A stretch of DNA of 64,000 nt. Source: Octopus bimaculoides. Its lineage: Eukaryota. The notes under the pieces were generated by a model. It was given only the letters and a program-made list of their open reading frames with translations, was not told the origin of the DNA and made no database searches. The stretch spans positions 34,500,704-34,564,703 of the forward strand of contig NC_068986.1 of assembly GCF_001194135.2 (NCBI RefSeq). The letters are read 5' to 3'. Of this stretch, positions 49,226 through 62,309 are shown in pieces. Every line of letters starts with the position of its first letter. Within the stretch, counting starts at the first letter, position 1. A program made the position numbers and the translations under genes.

Positions 49226-51774
49226 GTTACTGTGGTATAGTAACCAATATCATTACCATCGTTAGCTTCTTCATCGACATTGCAGAAGACTATCAACATC
49301 TGTCATCACCAACACCAACTATCAGCATTATCACTCTCACCAGCCACATCATCTGATCAACACCACCACCATCGTCATTGTCGTCACCCCACCAACACTA
49401 TCATCACTTGCTGTCAACAACATCACCTGTGAACACTGGCACCACTATCATCATCATCACCATCATCATCATCACCATCAACTTCAGCTTCATTAGCCAA
49501 CACCATTAACGTCTTTTCATTCGGGTGTTTTTTCTTTGTGTTTGTGTTTTTTTATATTTTTTATTCTAGCATAGTTTTAGTTTATTGTTACAAAAAGATG
49601 TCAGAGGAGTGAGAATTCCAGAATCTGTAACAATCTTTTTTTTTTTTCTGTTGAAGAGGCATCATTTTTCATTTGTGTGTTTGTACATTTGTGTTCATGT
49701 GTGTGTGTATGAGGGAAAAATAAAAAATAAGATAATTAAATGAGATATCACTGGAGTAGTTTGTTTGATTGTTTTTAACTATTTTCTGTTATTGCATTTT
49801 TTTTTATATTAAAAAAAAGCTTTCTTAAGGCTATAATTTCATTTTGCTTCCTCATAACCCCACCTCTTCTTTCCTCCCACCCCTGGTAGAGGTGAGGGTA
49901 GGAGGATGTGTTAAAAACATTACTTACAGGTTAAGTTTAACAGTTTAATTTCCTTNNNNNNNNNNNNNNNNNNNNNNNNNNNNNNNNNNNNNNNNNNNNN
50001 NNNNNNNNNNNNNNNNNNNNNNNNNNNNNNNNNNNNNNNNNNNNNNNNNNNNNNNNNNNNNNNNNNNNNNNNNNNNNNNNNNNNNNNNNNNNNNNNNNNN
50101 NNNNNNNNNNNNNNNNNNNNNNNNNNNNNNNNNNNNNNNNNNNNNNNNNNNNNNNNNNNNNNNNNNNNNNNNNNNNNNNNNNNNNNNNNNNNNNNNNNNN
50201 NNNNNNNNNNNNNNNNNNNNNNNNNNNNNNNNNNNNNNNNNNNNNNNNNNNNNNNNNNNNNNNNNNNNNNNNNNNNNNNNNNNNNNNNNNNNNNNNNNNN
50301 NNNNNNNNNNNNNNNNNNNNNNNNNNNNNNNNNNNNNNNNNNNNNNNNNNNNNNNNNNNNNNNNNNNNNNNNNNNNNNNNNNNNNNNNNNNNNNNNNNNN
50401 NNNNNNNNNNNNNNNNNNNNNNNNNNNNNNNNNNNNNNNNNNNNNNNNNNNNNNNNNNNNNNNNNNNNNNNNNNNNNGTGAAAACAGCAACAACAACAAC
50501 AACAATAACTGCTGAGTTCTATATATCAAATTCATTAATTTATAAGTCTGCAAAGCTTAACAAGCCACCCAGCCTATAATTATAATTATACTTTTGTCAC
50601 TGGCTTGTCAAACCGAATTAGTTAATTTCAATGAATTAGTTTGCTGTTAATTGAAATAGAAGATGGAATAAAAATTTGGTGTTTCCAGCTTTTCGTTAAT
50701 GATTAGACTGAACAGCTTTGAAATTTCAGTTTGAGAGAGAGAGAGAGAGAGAGTGGAGGGGTGTGTGAAGTGGCCATCACTCCTTCCTCTCTTCCAAATT
50801 TATTGAAGAATGAAGGAAAAGAGTGGGAAAATGAAACATTTTTGTTGTTTTTCAGTCATTTTTTTTTTGTTCTATGTAGGGGTGGTGGTGATGATGATGG
50901 GATGGAAGTAAGGATTGCTTCATTTTTTTAAACTTTTTTCCACATTATTTTTAAAGGCAAAAGGAGTAGAAGAGGAGAATAAAATTAAAGTGCTTGGCAT
51001 GTCATCCCTGGAAGTAACCTAGAGAGTTAGGCATTGTAGATATCCCAGACATCAAACCCTTGAAAAAGGAGCGATCGAGTTCATTTGAGCAGTGTTTGAA
51101 TTCTGAAGTACATCAGCCATTGAACTTGTGTCATTGGATAGCATAAACCAGCAAAGGAATTTTTAAGTAGTTCAATATAGTTGTTAGATCTCTTTTTTAA
51201 AAAAATACATAAAAGAATACATACTCTCTATATGAAAACCACATGCATAGACCACATTAGAGACTGGTAGCAATTAGAATTCCAATCAGCTACTGATTTC
51301 ATGTGGTGGTTGAACAGGGCACAGCATTAACAAATTCTTTCTTCATGTAAGATGCCTGCAGGCATTAACAACCATAGACTTCCAGGACACTGTCTAAGGA
51401 TTCATAATTTTTCTTAGGAAACTTACTGAAGTGGTTTCTCATTACTTTCTATTGGTTTATTTCTGCTAGTCTCCTGCTCTCCTGAGCTAATTCTTGAGGT
51501 TTTAGACCAACCTATTTAGCTCTCAGGTACAGGAACTGGTTTGTAGGGCACTGGGGCATGCCTGTGCACCTGTAGACCTGTATGGTACATGTCTAGGAGC
51601 CTTCACTCCTCCAAGTCTTATATGCTTTAGTCTCAAGACCTTCTACCATTTTGACCCATACTTGCTAGGTATTGCCACCTCAGGCTAGAGCAGACCTAGG
51701 AGTAGAGATGATGAAGAGGTAACTCAATACACCCTAAAAGCTTCTGAGCTGGAGTTTCACTCCTGGATTCAGTG

Positions 51775-52188
51775 AAACCCTTTACCAATCAGATTACTGT
51801 GTTAAATGTAAAGCTTATTTATTCATATTGTTTTTTAATTAATCCAATCCAGTATTAACATGTTGCTTTGAGATTGCATATTTTTAGAATGACATTGTAG
51901 GGTAGGTGTAAGAGGCTGTTTGTACATAAAACTGATTAAATATTTTGGGCAGTTTAACCCTTTAGCGTTCAGATTATTCTGCCAAATGTAATGCTTCCTC
52001 ATTCTCATTGTTTTTCATTAATCACGCAGTATTTTATAACTTTGAAATTATGATGATGTAATTATAAATTCTTTGATATCATAGAAGGGTAGAGGTGATA
52101 GGCTGGATCTGGCTGGCTAAAACAGATAGCATATTTGGGCCAGATATGGCTGATTAAATACTAAAAGGATTAAATTCTAAAGGGCTAA
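51775..52188 (+). mobile_element. piggyBac-like MITE family F: partial copy plus a full copy (51954-52188)
   Basis: TTAACCCTTTAGCGTTCAGATT...AATACTAAAAGGATTAA, with a duplicated right end ATTCTAAAGGGCTAA. Confidence 0.7.
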
Positions 52189-53332
52189 AGCCTTGCAGGA
52201 CAAATTAATAAAGTATTGGTGTGTGTGTGTGGAGGGGTACTCCAGCCAAATTCCCTTCAAATCATCACTACCGTTCCAAGTAGGGAAAGATATAATTTGG
52301 ATAATCATTCTAATGCATTATCTGCAATGATCATGGTTGGAGCACTTCTACTCATAGATCTACACAGTCAGGTTCGACCTGGGGCTAAATATCAATGATT
52401 TGATGCTGTCCAACCGGCTTTGCTATGTAAAGCATGTCCAGACTGTTACACTGCACTCAATGCAACCTAAAACGGTATAAAATAGTACACACACACACGG
52501 CTTGCTTCAGACCAGACTGAATCATGGCCTTTCTGGTGCACTGGCTGAAACTGTTGCTTTGAAACATTCAATCAAATATTTTCCATGTTATAGGTCTCTG
52601 TACAAGCAAAACTGACTCAACAACTACAACCACAAACCACAGCAACAGCAGCAGTGACAAATCCTCTAACGGAACTTGTCTCATGTGCTTATCCTCTGCA
52701 TTACATTGCTTCCTATCTGCTGTTTAATTATTGTTATGGCTACTCGTCTGCATTGTTTTTAACCGCAGAGAACAATTTTCAACGATTAATGTTCCTGCTG
52801 CTTGTCATTGCACTTCTAAATTTACCTCATTTTACTCCATGTAAATTAGCTGTGACGCACGCAGGCGCGCGCGCGCGCGCACACACACACACACACACGC
52901 ATGCGTGCGCGTGCATGTGGAAAAGCTCTGAGAGAGAGAGTGAGGGAGCTTCATTCATGAATGTGTAAGATATCAACACTAGGGAACTGGTATATTTGTC
53001 TCTTGGTGTTGCACTTGTGGACAGAGACTTGCTTCTTGTTCTCTGTGTGTATGTGTGTGTGTGATTAGTAATTATAATAATTCTCTCTCCACGCCCACCC
53101 TCACCCTCAAACACTAGCTTTCAACATCTCTCTCTTGACTGGCAAGCAGTCTGTCTGTCTGTCAGGAAAGATAAGTTAATCATTATAGTATATCATTGTT
53201 AATTTCAAGTTTCACCTGCTGTCATGGATGATTGTCATCCCACCTGTAAGGAAAGTAACCTGTACTGGTTACCATTTGACATCGCTTGTATGATTTTATT
53301 ATTATTATTATTTGTATTATTATTATTGTATT

Positions 53333-53508
53333 GAGCTGGTAGAATCATTAGCATGCTGGACATGTTCTGTGGCATTTTGTCTGTTTTTACATTCTCAGTT
53401 CAAATTCCGCCAAGGTCGACTTTGCCGTTTATCCTTTTGGGGTCGATCGAATTGACTGGCCCTCTCCCACCAAAATTTCAGGCCTTGTGCCCAGAGTAGA
53501 AAAGAATT
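53333..53508 (+). mobile_element. SINE family C (C2 tail) with an internal deletion
   Basis: Only one GGGGTCGAT remains and the GATAAA..TAAGTACCAG segment is absent. Confidence 0.8.
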
Positions 53509-54371
53509 TCTTTGGTCTTCACTTCATTATCATATATCATTGCAAAGTCATGAGGAAAAGTTTAACATTTTGGGCAGTAGCTTTTATTGGGAACTGTCCA
53601 AAATGTTTTAACCCCATCGACTGCACAGGTCTTGGAGGGCCTGCTTTAGATTGTGGGGAGGAAGTGGGGGAGAAGATTATTTGCTTTCCATACTTGCTGA
53701 TTGCTGATATAATAAACCAATCCTAGTTTCTTTGGATTCTACAGTTTTATTTCTGCACCTCTTCCCCAAATTTGCATCTTCTTAACCTATATTCCTCCTC
53801 CTCCTCATAGTACTACTACTCGTCACTGAAGGAATGGACAGTAGAATCAATGAATTGCTACTGGACAAAGAAGTGCTTAGTTTATATTCTTTTACATTGT
53901 GACCCCTCCCAGGATCAATGAAAGAAGCAGCTTTCTCTCTTTCCCAGTTTTTGGTTTTGTACCTACCTACCTACCTTAAGAATTATTATTGTTAGTAGGA
54001 TAGGATGTTGGCATGGTTGATAAGCATTGAAATTTATCTGCTTTGTGGTTTCATTTTAATATATTCGAATGAATTTTGTATTTTATTTATCCTGATCAAT
54101 AAATTTGTTATCAGTAATAATGAATTGGATTCTTAACATTATTCTCCTTTCTTGGCAATTATAGGGTTTGTACCCAGTCAGCAGATATCAAAATTATTGA
54201 TTTCCTACATAAACACTATACCGATTGATTTAAGGAGAAGGGAACAATCAATTAACCCATTATGATGCGAATCCATCTGAGACTGCCTCACATTCTATAA
54301 TTACAAAGCCTCTTGTTTGAACATGGTCATATTTAAATTAAAACCTTCCATTGTATCCCAAACTATCTGTC

Positions 54372-54739
54372 TTTTATCTCTTACTTGTCTCAGTCATTGG
54401 ACAGCGGCCATGCCAGTGCACCGCCATGAAGGCTTTAGTCAAACAAATCAATCCCAATATTTGATTTTTAAATCTGGTACTTATTCTGTTGATGTCTTCT
54501 GCTGAACTGCTAAGTTTTGGGGGTGTAAATGAAGCAGCCCTGGTTGTTAAGTGATGGTGGGGACAAACACAAATACCTGCATACAACAGACTTTGCAACA
54601 GACTATCGGATTCATTCACAAGGGATCAGTCGGCCTGAGGCTACAGCAGAAGATATTTGCTTAATGTGCTGCACAATAGGATTGAGCCTAGAAGCATATG
54701 ATTGCAAAACTAGCTTCTTAACTACACATACATGCCTGC
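54372..54739 (-). mobile_element. SINE family B, full length but diverged
   Basis: Reverse complement of tail (CAGTCATTGGACAGCGGCCATGC) through head (CATGCCTGC). Confidence 0.8.
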
Positions 54740-54799
54740 AAAAATGGTGGAACAAAGGGATGGGGGGGTGGGAGAGATCAACAAAATCTTTCTAAATCG

Positions 54800-54980
54800 T
54801 TAATCATCATCGTCGTTTAACGTCTGCTTTCCATGCTAGCATGGGTTGGACGGTTTGACTGAGGACTGGTGAAACCAGATGGCTACACCAGGCTCCACTC
54901 TGATTTGGCAGAGTTTCTACAGCTGGATGCCCTTCCTAACGCCAACCACTCAGAGAGTGTAGTGGGTGCTTTTACGTGTT
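54800..54980 (-). mobile_element. Family D1
   Basis: CATCATCGTCGTTTAACGTCTGCTTTCCATGCTAGC...GGATGCCCTTCCTAACGCCAACC...GGGTGCTTTTACGTG. Confidence 0.9.
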
Positions 54981-55340
54981 TTCAAAATTAATTCAGAAAC
55001 ATAGATAAAATATATTTCTTCTAGAAACTCAATCTAGGACTGGGTGGTTATTGCAGACATATATTTCAACACTTCTATAAAAAAAAAAGATGAAAGAGAA
55101 CTAGGACAACCTCAGTGAGGTACAGACATTAGTGCAAGAATGGAATTTGCTTAGGGGTTGCAGACCCAATTTTTTTAGGAGAATGTTCAAAACATTTTCA
55201 TTGTGCCTCTCCTCCAATAATGGAGAGGGGGTTGGTTGTACTCCTCCACCCCTAGTTCCCAAGCCTATGGATATGGAAGTAAAACTACTGTAAAGACTTT
55301 CTTATAATTTGCTGACCTTAGAAATATATTTGTTTGTTAC

Positions 55341-55737
55341 TCTTTTACTTGTTTCAGTCATTTGACTGCGGCCATGCTGGAGCACCGCACCTTTAGTCGA
55401 GAAATTCGACCCCTGGACTTATTCTTTGTAAGCCTAGTACTTATTCTATTGGTCTCTTTTTCCCAAACCGCTAAGTTACGGGGACGTAAACACACCAGCA
55501 TCGGTTGTCAAGCGATGGTGGGGGTCAAACACAGACAAACAAGCATATACACACATACATATATATATATACGTATATATGACGGGCTTCTTTCAGTTTC
55601 TGTCTACCAAATCCACTCACAAGGCTTTGGTTGGCCCGAGGCTATAGTAGAAGACACTTGCCCAAGGTGCCGCGCAGTGGGACTGAACCAGGAACCATGT
55701 GGTGGGTAAGAAAGCTACTTACCACACAGCCACTCCT
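55341..55737 (-). mobile_element. SINE family B, full length and young
   Basis: CpG-intact reverse complement of all modules. Confidence 0.92.
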
Positions 55738-55932
55738 AATTTTCTTTCAATTAATTTTGATAAAAAACATGAATTTAGTTAATTAACTTCATTCTTATTA
55801 AGCTGGGCGTTTTGGAACATAAATTAACATGAAATTTTGATGGAAAGTTTCAATTTAGAATACTTTTGAATAAGGAATTTGAATCGGTGGAATCCAGAGC
55901 AGTTTCAGACAGGTTCATATCGAAGGAGTTAA
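55738..55932. mobile_element. Family E MITE lacking its left end
   Basis: TTTCAATTAATTTTGA...ATTAAGCTGG...GAGCAGTTTCAGACAGGTTCATATCGAAGGAGTTAA resembles 12000-12191. Confidence 0.6.
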
Positions 55933-56403
55933 ACAGTAATTATTGTTACATGATAATTATCCACTTCTAAGTATAAGGGGGGGGGGTGTCTTTAAGTGTC
56001 TTTTGGTGGGGGTGTGGAGTGCCATTCTCTGTTACATCAGCGAAAGTCTCGTTATGCGGAAAGGAACAAAACAATTGAGCGGAGAAGCTTTGTTTTGTTA
56101 TGATATATCACTGAAAACCACCAGAAGTGCTGTTTCTTTTATGAAAATCAGGTTACTGCTGTTGCTGTTGTTTTGGTTGAGGATATTATTGTGAAGCAGT
56201 TGAGCCAATCTATCTTATCCACCTACTAAATTGCTTGCTGTCTATGCTCCCTTTCACAAATGGGTTGAAAATTCCTGATGATACACTATCATTTCAGGGT
56301 GGCAATTACTGTTATAGAGCCAGGCTACAAGTGGTAATGTTGAAGAAGCCAGCAGTAAAAACTTGCTCCTGTGTCTGTAATTACTGGATTTCATTTATTG
56401 TTA

Positions 56404-56437
<34 letters not shown>

Positions 56438-57427
56438 TCACTCACATACACACAGTAATAATATGGTGGAACAGGAGCAGCTTCTTAAGTATCTCTCTCT
56501 CTTTTCCTCTTTCTCTGACAAACATACACACAGGAATAGTGAAAACTAATAGCTATCCAACTACACACACACAGACACACTCATTCACTCACTCGTACAC
56601 ATGTACACACACACANNNNNNNNNNNNNNNNNNNNNNNNNNNNNNNNNNNNNNNNNNNNNNNNNNNNNNNNNNNNNNNNNNNNNNNNNNNNNNNNNNNNN
56701 NNNNNNNNNNNNNNNNNNNNNNNNNNNNNNNNNNNNNNNNNNNNNNNNNNNNNNNNNNNNNNNNNNNNNNNNNNNNNNNNNNNNNNNNNNNNNNNNNNNN
56801 NNNNNNNNNNNNNNNNNNNNNNNNNNNNNNNNNNNNNNNNNNNNNNNNNNNNNNNNNNNNNNNNNNNNNNNNNNNNNNNNNNNNNNNNNNNNNNNNNNNN
56901 NNNNNNNNNNNNNNNNNNNNNNNNNNNNNNNNNNNNNNNNNNNNNNNNNNNNNNNNNNNNNNNNNNNNNNNNNNNNNNNNNNNNNNNNNNNNNNNNNNNN
57001 NNNNNNNNNNNNNNNNNNNNNNNNNNNNNNNNNCTTAAATATTTATTTAAGCCGAATATAAACTTCGAAATAATTTTTTTATAAATTGATTTAAAAATCC
57101 CAATTGAATGAATAAATTCCATAAAACTGTTTGCATTTTTCGACTGTAGGAAGAACAACAATTTAGCTGCAAAATACTGCTTCATTACAACATTCTGTTT
57201 TTTTTTTTTTTTTTTTTCCTGTGAACTGGAGTAGGGTACTATCAAGATCAAGTTGACATATTCATGTCCTTGTGTTCTATTTTGTTCAATCTTGTGCCAA
57301 TATAACGTTTGCGTTTAAGAAATAAATCAAGAAGAACAAAGAAAATTTGTTAGTCTAAAACAAGCCATCTTGAAATGGATTCAAGAAATTATATAGCAGT
57401 GTATGTGTGTGTGTGTGCGTGTTATTT

Positions 57428-57670
57428 TAATCGTTTCAGTCATTTGACTGCAGCCATACTTGGATATTACCTTCAAGGTTTTTGGCTGATCAGGCGGCAC
57501 AGGTATGGCTATGTGGTTAAGAAGCTCACTTTGCAACCATGTGGTTTTGAGTTCAGTCCCACTGCCCAGCACTTTGGGCAAGTATCTTCTTCTATTCTAT
57601 TATAGCCCAGGGCAAACAAATGCCTTGTGAGTAAATGTGTTAGACAGGAAACTGGAAGCCCATTGTGTGT
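57428..57670. mobile_element. SINE B tail (-, about 57428-57480) next to a SINE B head (+, about 57495-57670)
   Basis: TTTCAGTCATTTGACTGCAGCCAT, then GGTATGGCTATGTGGTTAAGAAGC...CTTTGGGCAAGTATCTTCT. Confidence 0.75.
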
Positions 57671-57686
57671 GTATCTGTATTACATA

Positions 57687-58145
57687 TGCAGGGCGCGGTG
57701 AATAGGTGAATAAACTGTCGTCTAAATTATGCGAAAATGAAAAATGCACTGACATCTAATTTTAACAAATATATTTACCAAAATTACATAAAAATATCTT
57801 GAAATACTAAAGAATAAATTTATTCAATAGAATCGCCATTGGCTTTAACCATAGCTTTCAAGTGACTTCGGAGTTTCCTACAACTATTCTGGATGGTCTC
57901 CTTGTTTAAGTTGGTTAATTCTGCCATAATCCTACCTTCAGTTCATTTTTGGTGTTACAAGAAGTTTTGTGGGTCTCTTGCTCAACTGCACCCCACACAA
58001 TAATCAAAGGGGTTGCAGTCTCTGGGGAGTTGGGTGGCCAGATGTTAGGGGTGCTGTGGTAGCAGAAATTGTCTCAGCCATGACTGGGTTCTCCTGTTTG
58101 TGTGGCATGAAGCAGAGTCCTGTTGCCAGTCATAGGGTCTCACTG
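57687..58145 (-). pseudogene. Tc1/mariner-superfamily (maT/DD37D-like) transposase 3' remnant with TIR
   Basis: With frameshifts, the minus strand gives RPYDWQQDSASCH...WL...PNIWPPNSPDCNPFD...WGAVEQET...LKAMVKANGDSIE* (stop at 57820-57822). Repairing two compensating 2-nt indels gives 37 residues between the last two catalytic Asp. Confidence 0.85.
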
Positions 58146-59450
58146 CCCCCTAAGGACTAATTCTCCCTTTAATATGCCCAGTGTTCCCTTGTGGGTAGTA
58201 TCACCCTTGTTGAAAACCTCTGATCTAAGGTATCAGTTTTGCCCTTAGATGTTATTCTCCTTTGGGCCTTCATAAACCCTTTTTTGATGGAGATGTGATG
58301 ATCTTTCGCAGGGCCAGAGACAGCTTGTCACACTCCACACATTGATTGGGTTTATTACTCATAACTGTTACCTACCAAGTTGAATTTGCTTCTTTGCAGG
58401 CTGTACTGATTTGACCTCTCCAGGGTGTGGACATGGGGTGGAAGAGATTTCAAACTTTCCAGACATTAAGACCACTCTCCCAGCTTTGTGGATATGATTT
58501 AGGGGATTTTTACTGTTCCTCATTTAGTTTGTGTTGATGAAGAGCACACTGCAGCTAAATAGAACTTATATTTGCTATATTTTAGCTTCATTATTTCCTG
58601 CCATGTGCGATTATTAAGTTCAGAGGGTTTGTTGATGAAATAAGATACGCAAATACACTGATTAGTGTGTGTGCAGACACGCGTGCTTGTGTAATTTAAT
58701 TTTTCATAATATTACACTGACCTATATATCTCTTGTAAAATTTTTGCCTAGTGTCAGTCAACTTCAAAGAAAATCAACATTTCCATGGGGTATACATAGA
58801 GGGGGAGGAGGAAGGAGAGAAAGAGAGAGTAGGTACACGTGGGTGTGTGTATGTATTTAGGGAAAGGCTGTTAGTTTCTAAAGGGAGCTTGTTCAGTGCA
58901 GGGTATATATATAGGAAGTGATACATAGTGTAGTGAGTGACAAGAGACAGGTGTGATTGGCTGACAGGAAAACTGAGTGCAGAGTGAAGTTGAGAGGGCA
59001 AGATGTGATCTGTCCAAGACCTAGAAAAGGAAAAAAAGAAGGAAAAAGTGTCAGATGGTGGAAACACCACTCTGAACTCTGCTATTGATTGTTAAGTTAG
59101 TCCTTTTAGTCCAAGAGAAATGGACTAACACCTAAAACATCACTTCTTTTTAATAGTGGAATTCTCCAAACACCTACTGGGGCTCTGTTCCTTCTCTTGC
59201 TTTGTCAATTTGTTGTGTCAGCCCCTTTTTTCTACTTTGACTGCTCTCTTCTTCTTTACCTTTCTCACTAATTTACTGTTCTTTAACAACTATCTACACG
59301 CAAGCAACATATACACCTTAGCCATTCTCTTTCACCTCCTACACACATTTTAGTGCCAGACTTGGTTTGGTTTGCTTCCTGTCTTTCTACTTTCATTAAG
59401 TTACTAGTCTATTTCTTCTTTTCTATCTTTTCTCTAGAAGTGATCTTATC

Positions 59451-59489
<39 letters not shown>

Positions 59490-59704
59490 AGAGACAAAGT
59501 GAAATAGGAACAAATGGAAGGAGAGAAAGAGAGAGTGGAGTGGGGGGAGGAGTGATATTTACATCTGTTAAAGCTACTGGGAATAAGGTAACGCCATTTT
59601 GCAAATGATTCAACATAAGTAAGGCGCTAAGCTTCAGTCAATGACACCTGAACCTAAATAATAGTTCTCTGGCTCAATGAGCCTCTTCTTTTTCATCACC
59701 ACTG

Positions 59705-59737
<33 letters not shown>

Positions 59738-59964
59738 CCATCACCATCGTTGTTGTCATCAACATCACCGCGATCATAATCATTATTGTTCAGGAGTGTA
59801 ATGCCTCTTAGACAATACTGTTTTCACTTCCACTGTTGTTTGTCATTAACACGCGTGCGTGCGCACATGCACACACACACACACACACACACCTGTTATG
59901 ACAAATGACACCAAACAGAGAACTCTTCCTTATGCAAATGATACTGCTGCTGATGACTGATTGA

Positions 59965-59986
59965 TAACTATCTCATCTTAGTGTTG

Positions 59987-60050
<64 letters not shown>

Positions 60051-60080
60051 NNNNNNNNNNCACACACACACACACACACA
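59965..60080. repeat. (CA)n microsatellite bridged by a 10-N gap
   Basis: Directly visible; array at about 59988-60079. Confidence 0.85.
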
Positions 60081-60478
60081 GAGAGTCAGCATTCCATTTC
60101 ACACGCACGCATGCACATGTATGTATATGTGTGCGTAAATATGTGTGTTTATACTCACACATTTGTGTGATATATACATACCTATATATATATATTATAC
60201 AGTTAAGTCTTTTTTTTTTTTTTTTGGTTGTAATTGGATGTATTTACCTGGATGCAACTGTCAGTTTAGCAGCTGCACTGGAGTGTTTGATATACTTTTG
60301 TCGCAGAACATACAAAGATCTATTACAGTTAATTCTCTTTTTTAGTGCAATCTTTCAGTGCTTGTAATACACACACACACACACACACACCAGTAAAAAT
60401 TGAGAAGAATGTATACATTTAGCGTTAAGAGATGGTTGAGTTAGTGTGTGTATGTGTGTTTGTGTGTAGTATTATATA

Positions 60479-61324
60479 TGTGGTCTGATCAATAAGTATC
60501 CGGACTGTTGCCATAGTAACGAAGCTTGCTTGGCACAGATTGACCTTGAACTCTGCTGTGCCTGTGCACTAAGTTTTAATGTTGTAGCTCACTTTTGCTG
60601 TTTACAGCAGTGCTTTGAAGGAAGGTGTGTAGTGTGTGATCGCCACATTGACCATGACAGAGACTGTTGAGCAGAGAATCTGTATCAAATTTTGCCAAAA
60701 GCTTGGCGATACCTGCTCAGAGGCCAAAGTTTTCAAAAGGTTTTCATCGTTCTCAACACAATCAAGGAGATTTTGTGCAACTGAAACCTGAATGTCTTTT
60801 TTGGTCAGCTGAAAGTAGCTTTGGTATAAACTTGGCAGACACGCATCTCATACCCGAATCTTCAGTGATAATGGACAGAACACAACCATAACTAATCTGC
60901 ACATCCTCTGATAACACACAAATGGTGATTCGATGATTTCTCCTCACAGTTGCACACACATCTGAGATGTTTTGCTGGTTGCAGGTCTCCCAGAACGTTC
61001 GTCAATATTGACATTTTTGTGACCACATTGGAAACATCTGAACCCCTCATACACTTGGGTGCGGCTCGTACATTCCTCTTCATACACTTTCTGCCACTTT
61101 GCATAGGCCTCTGAGCAGGTATCGCCATGACAACATTTTCTGTCATAGTTAATGCAATGATCACATGCTACGCACATTCCTTCCAAGTACTGCTGTAAAC
61201 AGCAGAAGTGAGCCCGAACATTAAAACTTAGTTTCAGTCTGTGGTCAATCTGTACCAAGTGGCTTCACTCTGCGTGCTTTAGCTTCATTACTATGGCAAC
61301 AGTCTGGATACTTATTGATCAGAC

Positions 61325-61328
<4 letters not shown>
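60479..61328. mobile_element. Mariner-derived element made of two inverted 5' ends, with a TA target duplication
   Basis: TA|TGTGGTCTGATCAATAAGTATCC...GGATACTTATTGATCAGACCACA|TA. Arms are 60479-60725 and 61106-61328. The + strand ATG at 60654 gives MTETVEQRICIKFCQKLGDTCSEA; the - strand carries the HTH region (SRTQVYEGFRCF...IDERSGRPATS...RITI...AKFIPKLLSADQK). Confidence 0.9.
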
Positions 61329-61357
<29 letters not shown>

Positions 61358-62309
61358 GTACATGAATATGAGGTAAAATAATTTTGAATAATGGAAAACT
61401 CAGTACAAAGATGTAGAGTCAAATATTTTTATTCAAAAGATAGATCTGCCATCGATTATACATTCCATCTGCTAGTTTCACCATCCATCGGTTCATCAGG
61501 TAATTAGCACACCTTATTGCTGTTCATGTTATCTTAACATTCATTCCAACAAAGTGGTTTAATAATGTGTTTTGATGAAGTAATGGAAATGTGAAGGAGC
61601 TGACAGCCATAATGTGGCCAGTGGTTTATCCAGCCTTTGATTTAAAGATTTTCTCTCCTTTAAACACAAAATATACACATGCACACACACACACAGTGGT
61701 GAGTCTGTGTGACTCATTACTCAGATTTCTTGCTTCCAGTCTACCAATGACTGATAATGTGACATTTGAAGCTTTCTTATAAACACATCTTATAGTTGGA
61801 TCTGCTCAGGTCATACTGAACATCATTTATCAAGGATTAATGGTTTTATATATATATATATATATAAACAAATAGTAAATGAGTATATGCATATATACGT
61901 ACAGGTATGTGCATACCGACATCCACCTGTATGTATAGGTGCATATCTGGGCACAGGACATTGCAAACAAAACGTAGACGAGAAAACACACAAGCCACAT
62001 AGAGAACATTCTCCTTCATCAGCTACCCCCGTTTTAACATATATATATATATATATATATATGTACGTAACAGTTTATTCAAAAATAAAACCTGAATAAG
62101 TAAAAGCATTAAAAGTGCTGTGGAACAAATTCACCATTGGAGGAGATTTTCTGTAAAAGAAAAATGTATCTAAGGATGAATGATAATTTTCGAAAAGTAA
62201 CTAGTGAATCCTATGAATGTCTAAGTATGTGAAAGCCACTACCAGTGATAGAAATGTTTAAAAGGTTTGCCATAAATTGATTTTATTTTGGGGTGCATGT
62301 AGCCTGTGT

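Noticed and set aside
22008-58145. One giant composite transposon bounded by the 22008 and 57687 mariner-type ends
   Set aside because: The orientations are incompatible: the 5' fragment is on + while the 3' remnant codes on -.
58400-58497. Candidate terminal exon after TTGCTTCTTTGCAG
   Set aside because: Only an acceptor and a short open frame; no homology or clear polyadenylation context.
59925-59970. Octamer ATGCAAAT, YY1-like CGCCATNTT and CCAAT motifs scattered through the window
   Set aside because: Single short motifs are common in AT-rich DNA and show no clustering beyond the 34.8-kb GATA case.
61985-62040. CTGATGA on the minus strand as a third hammerhead
   Set aside because: No GAAA follows the potential stem II, so the core is incomplete.
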